From Spirochaetia bacterium (GTDB lineage: Bacteria; Spirochaetota; Spirochaetia; CADAEX01), in assembly GCA_017446885.1 (NCBI GenBank), contig JAFSOR010000018.1, positions 40,758-64,757 of the forward strand: 24,000 nt of DNA, written 5' to 3'. The position numbers and the translations under genes are program-made. Positions 16,616 through 24,000 of the stretch are shown here, piece by piece; within the stretch, counting starts at the first letter, position 1, and the number at the start of each line of letters is the position of its first letter. The notes beneath the pieces were generated by a model that was not told where the DNA came from, did no database searches, and saw only the letters and a list, made by a program, of their open reading frames with translations.

Positions 16616-17890
16616 TTACCGTGGAAAAGCAAGGGAAAAATTAAGGGCTGAATTTTTTTGTCCAAGGGCTTTGATTGAACCTGTAAGACGCCGCCACAGG
16701 CTGCCCTGTCCTGTCCCCTCCTCTGCAACCAGCGGATATATTGCCAGCGGGTTTCCGTCCAAAGATACTGTGCAGCTTCCCACCTGGTCTCCGGCGGCTG
16801 CCCTTTTAATCCCCTTGGCAAGTGATACATTCCAGCTTAGCTTATAAAGCTGGCTGTATGGGATGCAGATCTGCTCATTCCCGGCAACTGCTACAGGCAC
16901 AGAATCGGAAGCACAGCCGAAGACCGGCACATTTACAGGGGCAGGCAGCACCGGGAAAAAGGTTCTGAAAGTGTGGAAGCCGTAAGAAAGAAGGCTTGCC
17001 CCCTCCTCCATGCGCATCAGCTTGGCGTTCATTATATCCTTTGCCTTTATTCCCATTATTACAGCCACCAGGCGCATACCATCCCGCTCGGCAGTAAGCG
17101 ATATATTGTAGCCCGATTCGTCTATGTAGCCTGTCTTAAGGCCATCCACGCCAGCATAGCGGCCCAGAAGGTCGTTGCTGTTGTTTATTGACCTGCTGCC
17201 CATCTTGAAAGCCTCTTGATTTGTAAGGACATCCAGATATTCTATGAAGTTCTGGACATATATGCGGCAGAACTGGCAGAATTCCAGGGCGTTAACCTGA
17301 TTTGTCTCCTCATACCCTGCCGGGTCGGTGAATACAAAGGAGCTGAAACCCAGCTGCTTTGCCTTCTGGTTCATCATCTCGACACAGGCATCTCTGCTTC
17401 CTCCGACCAGCATTGCCACAGCCATGGCAGCATCGTTGCCAGAGGTGACCATAAGGCCGGTCAAGAGATCGCGCAGCTTTATCCGCTGCCCGGCCCGGAT
17501 GTACATAAGGGAACTGCGGTAAGGAGCCCTCTCGAAGTCGGCCTCGGGCGGCACAACTATATCCTGGTCCAGGTCTAGTTCGCCCGATTTTACCTTCTCC
17601 ATAACAAGATAGGTGGTCATAAGCTTGGTCATGGAGGCAGGCGGAATTATCTCTTCGGCATTCTTTGTGTATAAAACTGTACCTGTATCGTAATCCATAA
17701 GGACAGCCGCCTTGCACTGGAGCACCGGTTCAGGCACTGTGGAAAAGCCGTTGTAGACATCGGAATAGGGAATCTCTGGAGTCTGCTCCTTGGGCGGGGC
17801 GACACAGGCCCTGATGCCTGAAACTATTCCGAACAGGATGGCAGCCAGGATGATAATCTTTATTATTCTTTTTACAGTACGCTTAATCAT
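16616..17890 (-). CDS. Serine-type D-alanyl-D-alanine carboxypeptidase (PBP5/6-like, peptidase S11)
   Basis: The 424-aa ORF has an N-terminal TM anchor, the SxxK motif (PPASMTKLMT), the SxN motif (TSGNDAA), the KTG motif (LKTGYI), and a C-terminal beta-rich PBP5_C-like region. Its start overlaps the aspartate kinase stop (ATGA). Confidence 0.85.
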   Translation of the reverse strand: MIKRTVKRIIKIIILAAILFGIVSGIRACVAPPKEQTPEIPYSDVYNGFSTVPEPVLQCKAAVLMDYDTGTVLYTKNAEEIIPPASMTKLMTTYLVMEKVKSGELDLDQDIVVPPEADFERAPYRSSLMYIRAGQRIKLRDLLTGLMVTSGNDAAMAVAMLVGGSRDACVEMMNQKAKQLGFSSFVFTDPAGYEETNQVNALEFCQFCRIYVQNFIEYLDVLTNQEAFKMGSRSINNSNDLLGRYAGVDGLKTGYIDESGYNISLTAERDGMRLVAVIMGIKAKDIMNAKLMRMEEGASLLSYGFHTFRTFFPVLPAPVNVPVFGCASDSVPVAVAGNEQICIPYSQLYKLSWNVSLAKGIKRAAAGDQVGSCTVSLDGNPLAIYPLVAEEGTGQGSLWRRLTGSIKALGQKNSALNFSLAFPR

Positions 17891-19182
17891 GCGATTACAG
17901 ATGCAATAATATCCATTGCTTTGTCATAATCTGAATCAGCAATTGTCATGACAGCAGAAATCGGCGAACCGCCATAGTTCAAGTTGTCTATATCTATACC
18001 TGCTTCGGTAAGGGCCTTTAGAATCTTGAAAAGCGGTGCAAAGGAGGAAATAAGCCCCTCGCCTATTATGCCCACAACAGCAACTCCCGATCTGTAGCTG
18101 ACTTTCTCTATGCCCAGGTTGGCCTTGAGCCTTGACGTCAGGTCATCCCAGTCAATCATGTGCTCATCTTTCACATAGAAGTTGAGTGTATCTATTCCCT
18201 TAAGCTCGAAAGAAATAATAAGCCCCAGGGCTCCCAGCTCCTTCTTTAGCTCAAAGTGCAGGTCGTGCATATCCTCAAGCTTGTACTTTTCTATTGTTAT
18301 CCTGCGGAACCGCCGCTTGCCAGCTATTCCGACCACAGGATCCCTGGATGAGTCCCGCTGGGAATTGATGAAAGTACCGGGTTCTTCCGGTGCATTTGTG
18401 TTCTTGATGTTTATAGTGATATCTGCCTGACGTGCCGGTGCAATAGCCTCCTCATGGAAAACATTGGCGCCAAGATATGCCATCTCACGCATCTCTTTGT
18501 AGGTGATTTCTGGCACTGGCCGGGCATTTTTTGTTATGCGCGGATCGCAGGTGTAGGTGCCTGACACATCGGTCCAGTTCTCATAGACATCGGCATTAAG
18601 CGCCTTGGCGTAGATAGAGCCGGTGATGTCTGAACCGCCGCGCGAGAATGTCTTTATGTTGCCGTCGGGGCCAAGGCCGTAGAAGCCTGGAACCACATAG
18701 CTTTTGGCAGGGTCGATCTGTGCCTTTATAAGGTCGTAAGTCTCGGGCAGAATCTCGCCATGTTCTCCTATGCGTATTACCTTGGCGCTGTCTATGAACT
18801 CAAATCCGAAGTAGAGCGATATAAGCTTGGCATTAAGGTATTCTCCGCGGCTTGCGGCATAATCGGGGCTGCATTTGTCCATAAGGTGAGACTTGATTGC
18901 AACCAGTTCCTCCTTAAGGTCTGATGTTATATCAAGGACTGCTGCAATCTGGAGATAGCGGTTTCTTATCTTGTCCCATACTGCTGTGATATCTTTATCG
19001 TTGTTTGCAAGGTTATGGCATTTATAGAGGAGATCTGTAATTTTATCATCCTCTTTATCCCGCTTTCCGGGAGCAGAGACAACAACAATCCTTCTGTCTG
19101 GATTGGCCTTAACAATAGCCTGAGTCTTGGAAATCTGAACCGCATCGGCCACAGAGCTTCCACCGAATTTGCAAACAATCAT
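17887..19182 (-). CDS. Aspartate kinase (monofunctional)
   Basis: The 431-aa ORF starts MIVCKFGGSSVADA and shows VVVSAPGKR, RGGSDITGS and TDVSGTYTCDPR, with a C-terminal tandem ACT-like region. SD AAGGAGAG is present. Confidence 0.9.
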   Translation of the reverse strand: MIVCKFGGSSVADAVQISKTQAIVKANPDRRIVVVSAPGKRDKEDDKITDLLYKCHNLANNDKDITAVWDKIRNRYLQIAAVLDITSDLKEELVAIKSHLMDKCSPDYAASRGEYLNAKLISLYFGFEFIDSAKVIRIGEHGEILPETYDLIKAQIDPAKSYVVPGFYGLGPDGNIKTFSRGGSDITGSIYAKALNADVYENWTDVSGTYTCDPRITKNARPVPEITYKEMREMAYLGANVFHEEAIAPARQADITINIKNTNAPEEPGTFINSQRDSSRDPVVGIAGKRRFRRITIEKYKLEDMHDLHFELKKELGALGLIISFELKGIDTLNFYVKDEHMIDWDDLTSRLKANLGIEKVSYRSGVAVVGIIGEGLISSFAPLFKILKALTEAGIDIDNLNYGGSPISAVMTIADSDYDKAMDIIASVIA

Positions 19183-19212
19183 CTTTCTCTCCTTTTAAGG
19201 AATGATGGAAAT

Positions 19213-19241
19213 ATTAAACACAATTAAAAACAAATATTCAA
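19213..19241 (-). promoter_or_regulatory. Candidate sigma70 promoter for the aspartate kinase operon (TTGAAT-17-TTTAAT)
   Basis: On the minus strand, the -35 TTGAAT is at 19241..19236. The 17-nt spacer ends in GTG and the -10 TTTAAT is at 19218..19213. This leaves a leader of only about 25 nt. Confidence 0.4.
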
Positions 19242-19292
19242 GACTTTTCTGTACCTTGACTACCTAAATATTATAATATATCTTTATATACC

Positions 19293-20522
19293 ATGAAGAT
19301 TTGGATTAAATACCTTATCGGAGCCATTGCCGGAATAATACTGGGCAACATGTTCACCAGTTTTTTTGCCGACCCCGTAGTGATGGATACTGGCAACAGA
19401 ATAATTCTGAGCATAGGAAAATACACGTTCTTCCCACTTATCCTGTTTGCTGTGGCATTCTCTGTATCCAAGCTGATGACAGAGCATCTCCTTTTCAAGG
19501 TATTTTTCAAGACCGTGATTTTTACTGTTCTTTCCTCGCTGGTCCTGACCATGGTGGGCGGCGGTGCGGCACTGATTGTGTTCCAGGGTCGCATTCCTAT
19601 AATCTCTGAAGGGACTGTAACTCTTAGCCTTCCTACCCTGGCACAGCACATAGCCATGATATTCCCGGACAACTTCTTTGCCATATTCACTGCAACTGGG
19701 AACTACCTTATGCCTATGCTGGTGCTGGCTATACTGGTGGGAATTAATATGGATCCATCAAACCTGCACACAAGGCCGGTCATACTTATATTCGACTCCG
19801 TGGCCCGCATTTTCTTCGATATAAACAGTCTTATCATAGAGTTCATGGCACTGGGAATTGTGTTCCTTTCGGCCACCATGACAGCATCGTTGATTGCAAA
19901 CCAGCAGCTTGAGCTTTATAAATACCTGCTTATAACTGTGGGATGCGCCGCCCTGTTTGTCATATTCATACTTATTCCTGCTGTAATGATACTCTGCTGC
20001 AGGCGTGGAAAGCCTTTCCAGTCGCTCTACGCTCTTCTGGCCCCTGCAATGGCAGCGTTTTTCTCGGGCGATGTCTACTTTGGGGCAACAACCCTTATCA
20101 AGAGCTCTTTCGAGAATATAGGTGCAAAACGCAAGGTGGGGGCACCTGTCATAGCATTCCTGACAGTGTTCAGCCGTGGCGGCACTGCCATGGTATCGGC
20201 CGCATCAATCATAATAATTATTAAATCGTATACTGGAATCGAGATAACCTGGCAGGATTTCTTTATCATAATGCTCCACACATTCCTGCTTTCGTTTATA
20301 TTGGGAGCTGTCCCGGGAATGGGCACGGCAATATCCATAACCATGCTCTGCAGGGGCTATGGTCACGGCATAGAGAACGGATACCTTATAATCCAGCCGG
20401 TAGCCGGGCTTTTGATAAGTTTCAGCGTCCTGGTCGACATAACAGTCATGGGTTTCATAAGCACGGTAATTGCCCAGCAGACCGACCTGCGTAAGGAAAT
20501 AAGCATAGTCAAGTTCACATAA
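19293..20522 (+). CDS. Divergent dicarboxylate/amino acid:cation symporter (DAACS/GltP-fold)-like transporter
   Basis: The 409-aa polytopic ORF has a typical DAACS N-terminus (MKIWIKYLIGAIAGIILG) and length, plus an HP2-like GAVPGMG. The family motifs are not conserved: SRGGT replaces NMDGT, FSGDVYFG replaces the serine-rich HP1, and there is no Arg in the last TM. No SD precedes the ATG. Confidence 0.55.
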   Translation: MKIWIKYLIGAIAGIILGNMFTSFFADPVVMDTGNRIILSIGKYTFFPLILFAVAFSVSKLMTEHLLFKVFFKTVIFTVLSSLVLTMVGGGAALIVFQGRIPIISEGTVTLSLPTLAQHIAMIFPDNFFAIFTATGNYLMPMLVLAILVGINMDPSNLHTRPVILIFDSVARIFFDINSLIIEFMALGIVFLSATMTASLIANQQLELYKYLLITVGCAALFVIFILIPAVMILCCRRGKPFQSLYALLAPAMAAFFSGDVYFGATTLIKSSFENIGAKRKVGAPVIAFLTVFSRGGTAMVSAASIIIIIKSYTGIEITWQDFFIIMLHTFLLSFILGAVPGMGTAISITMLCRGYGHGIENGYLIIQPVAGLLISFSVLVDITVMGFISTVIAQQTDLRKEISIVKFT

Positions 20523-20523
20523 T

Positions 20524-22050
20524 ATGGAAAAAGATAACACTTCTTTCTTAGATAAAGTCGCATACATAGACACAAAACTTGACGAGGTGCTTAAAAGTGC
20601 ATTCAAGACCGAGAAAAAATACAAGGCCAGGCTCAAAGGTATAGAGCCTGAATACAAAGCCAGCGCCATAAATCTTATGGACTATCTGGCATTCCGCAGC
20701 TTCGATATCGATAAGCTCCAGAAGAAAATGCAGAAACTGGGGTTCTCCGACCTGTCCGACATAAGCTCCCATGTGCGCCAGACCCTGATTTCGGTAAAAG
20801 GAATTGCCGACATGGTACTGGGAAGAAGCCCTAAGTATGAGGACGAGGAGTACATAACTGCACGCAAAAGCCAGAAACTTTTGGAATCAAACTGCGATGC
20901 CCTGTTCGGAACCAGGCCCGAGAAGCGCGGAACCAGGATCATGGTTACCATGCCGTCCCAGGCTGCCACCGACATCAAACTTATAGAATCGATGCTGGAT
21001 GCAGGCATGGACTGCGCCAGAATCAACTGTGCCCACGACACCCCCGAAATATGGGAAGCAATTATAGAGAACATACACACCGCCTCTAAGTCCATGGAAA
21101 AGGAGTGTTCCATAGTCATGGATATAGCAGGGCCTAAGATCCGCACTGGAAGCCTTGCCGGCGACCCTATAATAGTCAAGGAGGGCGACACTCTGGTGCT
21201 GACCCGGGACCTGACTCCCGGTGAAGGAAGGAAAGAGGGTGTGTGTGCCCACATAGGATGCACACTTGAGAATGTGTTCCAGTGTTCCAAGCCCGGAAAC
21301 CGTATCTACTACGACGACGGCAAGGTAGAAGGCAATATAGAGAAAGTAAGTCCAGACCAGATAGAAGTGCGCATAACCAATGCAAAATCCTCGGGCAGCA
21401 AGATAAAGGGCGATAAAGGGCTTAACTTCCCGGACACAAAGCTTAACTGCCACGGCTTTACCCCAAAGGACAAGGAGCATCTGGACATAATTGCCCAGAA
21501 TCAGAAGAAGTGGAAAATCCAGGCACTTAACCTGTCGTTCGTGAACAATCCGGCAGAGCTTGACATGATGATAAACGACATCAAGAAGCTGGGACTTAAG
21601 ACAGGAATAATAATCAAGATAGAGACAGAGCAGGCTTTCGAGCATCTGCCGGGCATAATACTGTCGGCCATGCAGATTTACCCTGCCGGAATTATGCTGG
21701 CACGGGGCGACCTGGCCATAGAGACTGGCTGGAAAAACTTTGCAACCATCCAGGAAGAGATTATCCGCATTACTGCAGCAGCCCATCTGCCCCTTGTATG
21801 GGCAACCCAGGTGCTCGAGACCCTGGCCAAGGATGGAGTGCCTACCCGGGCCGAGATTACCGATGCGGCGCTTTCGGAGCGTTCTTCCTGTGTCATGCTC
21901 AACAAGGGCAAGTATATTGTAATGGCTATACGGATGCTGGATAAAATTGTGCGCCGCATGGAGAAGTTCCGCACCAAGAGCGAGAACGTTCTGCCTAAAC
22001 TGGATGGGGCCGAGAAGCTTATGCTCTCGCACAGGAAATATGATATCTGA
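20524..22050 (+). CDS. Pyruvate kinase-like protein (A/B domains only, N-terminal helical extension, no C-terminal domain)
   Basis: The 508-aa ORF is collinear with the PK barrel from residue about 137: TRIMVTMP..MLDAGMDCARINCAHD, MDIAGPKIRTG, DKGLNFPD, IIKIETEQA, MLARGDLAIE, WATQVLETL and PTRAEITDAA. It ends about 35 aa after the barrel. It starts 1 nt after the transporter stop. Confidence 0.75.
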   Translation: MEKDNTSFLDKVAYIDTKLDEVLKSAFKTEKKYKARLKGIEPEYKASAINLMDYLAFRSFDIDKLQKKMQKLGFSDLSDISSHVRQTLISVKGIADMVLGRSPKYEDEEYITARKSQKLLESNCDALFGTRPEKRGTRIMVTMPSQAATDIKLIESMLDAGMDCARINCAHDTPEIWEAIIENIHTASKSMEKECSIVMDIAGPKIRTGSLAGDPIIVKEGDTLVLTRDLTPGEGRKEGVCAHIGCTLENVFQCSKPGNRIYYDDGKVEGNIEKVSPDQIEVRITNAKSSGSKIKGDKGLNFPDTKLNCHGFTPKDKEHLDIIAQNQKKWKIQALNLSFVNNPAELDMMINDIKKLGLKTGIIIKIETEQAFEHLPGIILSAMQIYPAGIMLARGDLAIETGWKNFATIQEEIIRITAAAHLPLVWATQVLETLAKDGVPTRAEITDAALSERSSCVMLNKGKYIVMAIRMLDKIVRRMEKFRTKSENVLPKLDGAEKLMLSHRKYDI

Positions 22051-22696
22051 AAAATCAATCAAATTCCTTAAGTCCATAGTACTGCCTGCAGTTATTTATC
22101 TGTTTCTTTTCAATCCGCTCTACAGCGAGCAGGATCAGCATATATCACTGACCATAGGCTCTATTCTGTTTTCTGTAGGCATATCTGCAGTACAGCTGGC
22201 CATAATCTTTTTTGTCATGATAAAATTCAACCATATTTCTTTAAAAGAGACTGGCCTTTTCTCATTTTCTTATAAAAACCTGCTTGAGCTTATTCCAAGC
22301 ATTCTCCTTATTTATTCATTCTATTTTGTCGCTCTTCTTGTGCTGCTTATTGCCACAGGCTCTGCCGAAGATCCTGGAATAATAACAATAGAACTGCATG
22401 CCCCGCTCTGGATACTGGCTCTTATGATGCTGGGTGTGGGCTACTGCGAGGAGCTTTTTTTCAGGATATATCTGGTTGAGGCCTTTGGAACAGTGCTGGG
22501 GAAAAAGGCTGCCATTCTTATAAGCGCCCTGCTCTTTGCACTGGGGCATATGTATCAGGGATTCCTGGCTGTAATAATAATTTTTTTTATTGCCCTGGCT
22601 TTCCATTGGATTTACGAAAAATACAGGAGTCTGCATGTGAATGCAATTACCCATGCTGTGTTTGATGTGGTTTCTGTGCTTTTGAATGGAGTATGA
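22040..22696 (+). CDS. CPBP-family intramembrane glutamic endopeptidase (CAAX protease/Abi-like)
   Basis: The ORF is 218 aa from ATG 22040 (MISEKSIKFLK...) and multi-TM. It carries the three family motifs: GYCEELFFRIYL (EExxxR), LFALGH (FxxxH) and ITHAVFD (HxxxD/N). It overlaps the PK-like gene by 11 nt. Confidence 0.8.
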   Translation: MISEKSIKFLKSIVLPAVIYLFLFNPLYSEQDQHISLTIGSILFSVGISAVQLAIIFFVMIKFNHISLKETGLFSFSYKNLLELIPSILLIYSFYFVALLVLLIATGSAEDPGIITIELHAPLWILALMMLGVGYCEELFFRIYLVEAFGTVLGKKAAILISALLFALGHMYQGFLAVIIIFFIALAFHWIYEKYRSLHVNAITHAVFDVVSVLLNGV

Positions 22697-23625
22697 TCAT
22701 GATTCAGTCTTTCACCACCGTATTCCAGCAGATAGTAATCCTGTTCATAATGATAGCTGTAGGGTTTGTCTGCTCTAGGCGCGGTCTGCTGTCGCCGCTT
22801 ACAATAAAAGAGCTTTCCAAGTTCATTATTTATATTGTCACACCGTGTATTGTGGTAGAATCGTTCAACCGGCCATTTGACAGGGCTATGCTGGGCAATA
22901 TGGGAATCGCATGCGCCGCAGCCATCGGTGCCCATGTGCTAAATATAATACTCTCTAGAATCTTTGTCCGCGATAAGGAGCACAGCAGGCAGGTTGTATA
23001 CCAGTTTGCCACCATATTCAGCAACTGCGGCTTTATGGGGCTGCCCCTGCAGCAGGCCATACTTGGAAACGACGGCGTCTTTTACGGCGCTGTGTTCATT
23101 GCTATTTTCAATGTATTCACCTGGACTTACGGTTTTATCCTTATGGGAAGCCATGGCGACAGGATAAAGCTTAAGGAGATACTGCTTAACCCGGGAGTTC
23201 TGGGAGTGGCAGCAGGCTTCATAGTATTTGTCACATCGGTCAGGATTCCACATGTCCTGCTTGTGCCCATAAAGGGGTTTGCAGCACTGAACACGCCGCT
23301 TCCTATGGTAGTGGTGGGCTATTACCTGTCGCAGATAACTTCGCTCAAGGTGCTCAAGGACAAGAATCTGGTTATTACTACAGTAATAAAGCTGCTGGCA
23401 GCTCCCCTGCTGGCTCTTTTAATAATCTATCTGGCAGGAATAAGGGGACTGCTCCTTACATCGCTTATCATATCGGCATCGGCTCCATCGGCAGCCAATA
23501 CTGTGATGTTCTCGGTCCTGTTCAACCGCGACACCAAGCTGGCAGTGACACTGGTATCGATATCGGTCCTGATATCGCTATTCACCATGCCGCTGGTTAT
23601 ATCGCTGGCCATGGCAGTTGCATAG
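22693..23625 (+). CDS. AEC-family (auxin efflux carrier-like) membrane transporter
   Basis: The 310-aa, roughly 10-TM ORF has the N-terminus QQIVILFIMIAVGFVCSRRGLL, then ATIFSNCGFMGLPL and the C-terminal SASAPSAANTVMFS, typical of the family. Its start overlaps the CPBP stop (ATGA). Confidence 0.85.
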   Translation: MIMIQSFTTVFQQIVILFIMIAVGFVCSRRGLLSPLTIKELSKFIIYIVTPCIVVESFNRPFDRAMLGNMGIACAAAIGAHVLNIILSRIFVRDKEHSRQVVYQFATIFSNCGFMGLPLQQAILGNDGVFYGAVFIAIFNVFTWTYGFILMGSHGDRIKLKEILLNPGVLGVAAGFIVFVTSVRIPHVLLVPIKGFAALNTPLPMVVVGYYLSQITSLKVLKDKNLVITTVIKLLAAPLLALLIIYLAGIRGLLLTSLIISASAPSAANTVMFSVLFNRDTKLAVTLVSISVLISLFTMPLVISLAMAVA

Positions 23626-23632
23626 AGGTTTT

Positions 23633-24000
23633 ATGAAATTCATAACTGCGGCAACAGTACAGAAAGATGACAACGGCAAGCGGGCCGACAGAATCTTCCG
23701 CATTGTACTTGGAAAGATGCCCCTAAGCCGCATATACAAGGAAATCCGCAGCGGGTTCCTGCGCATCAATGGCAAAAAAACAAAAGAGGATTCCAAGGTA
23801 TCGGCAGGTGACACTGTTGATGTTGCCGAGATTCTTTTGGAGTTTGCAGAGGTTTCAGAGCACAAGAGATCAGAGCACACAGTTAATAAAGAAGCATTCA
23901 GAAAACGGATAGTTTTCGAGGACGACGGCATCCTGGTCATAAATAAAAAGAAAGGAGAACTGGTGCATTCCGACGGGTATTCAAAAAGGTTCACACCCCT
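23633..24000 (+). CDS. RluA-family pseudouridine synthase with an N-terminal S4 domain (5' part, truncated by the window end)
   Basis: My own translation from ATG 23633: MKFITAATVQKDDNGKRADRIFRIVLGKMPLSRIYKEIRSGFLRINGKKTKEDSKVSAGDTVDV...RIVFEDDGILVINKKKGELVHS. This shows an S4-like RNA-binding module followed by the characteristic (I/V)xxED..(I/L)(L/V)V(I/V)NKP.G..VH block. SD AGAGG lies 4 nt upstream. The frame is open to position 24000. Confidence 0.8.
   Translation, partial: MKFITAATVQKDDNGKRADRIFRIVLGKMPLSRIYKEIRSGFLRINGKKTKEDSKVSAGDTVDVAEILLEFAEVSEHKRSEHTVNKEAFRKRIVFEDDGILVINKKKGELVHSDGYSKRFTP

Noticed and set aside
16594-16830. An upstream 79-codon extension of the small ORF, overlapping the carboxypeptidase 3' end.
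   Set aside because: It overlaps a supported CDS in another frame, and the translation is Trp/Arg/Gln-rich nonsense-like. Only the non-overlapping 86 codons are retained, at modest confidence.
19183-19292. A possible lysine (L-box) riboswitch or T-box leader upstream of aspartate kinase.
   Set aside because: The whole intergenic region is 110 bp. With the best promoter candidate the leader is about 25 nt, far too short for an L-box (about 180 nt). No conserved riboswitch helices are visible.
20887-22077. A 396-aa ORF on the minus strand, antisense to the PK-like gene. It is the longest unexplained ORF in the track.
   Set aside because: It is fully embedded antisense to a gene with clear family motifs. 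Its translation is Cys/His/Tyr/Gly-rich with no recognisable motif, no SD, and no sensible start context. This is typical of a shadow ORF.
23578-23994. A 138-aa minus-strand ORF at the right edge.
   Set aside because: The plus strand over the same interval translates into a clear S4 plus RluA-family N-terminus with an SD. The minus ORF is its antisense shadow.

Overview
This is a densely coding bacterial chromosomal window. I support 27 CDS (the last runs off the 3' edge), one tRNA, two intrinsic terminators, and several sigma70-like promoter candidates. I found no CRISPR array, mobile element, large repeat, or recognisable defence or toxin gene.

Most of the window is housekeeping. A co-directional minus-strand block spans 6067..19182: aspartate kinase, D-Ala-D-Ala carboxypeptidase, a small ORF, yajC-secD-secF, tRNA(CAT), a DUF2400-like gene, then gap-pgk-tpiA-secG-PPIase-nusB-map-PRTase. 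At the left edge are sfsA and an NhaC-type antiporter.

The protein sequences and the gap-pgk-tpi-secG order suggest an anaerobe, possibly Spirochaetota-like. This is a low-confidence inference.

Two plus-strand operons look accessory and are the best candidates for something not yet described.

1. 2197..6121 is a translationally coupled five-gene unit behind an OhrR-operator-like palindrome. It encodes an Isf-like iron-sulfur flavoprotein, a 2-Cys-type OhrR, a Cys-type glutathione peroxidase, an MBL-fold hydrolase fused to a C-terminal rubredoxin, and a MATE exporter. No Ohr/OsmC gene is present.

2. 19293..24000 is a five-gene unit with gaps of at most 7 nt. It encodes a DAACS-like transporter lacking the family's canonical binding motifs, a pyruvate-kinase-like protein with a 135-aa N-terminal extension and no C-terminal domain, a CPBP protease, an AEC transporter, and an RluA-type pseudouridine synthase.

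All family calls rest on by-eye motif recognition from the translations. No searches were run.
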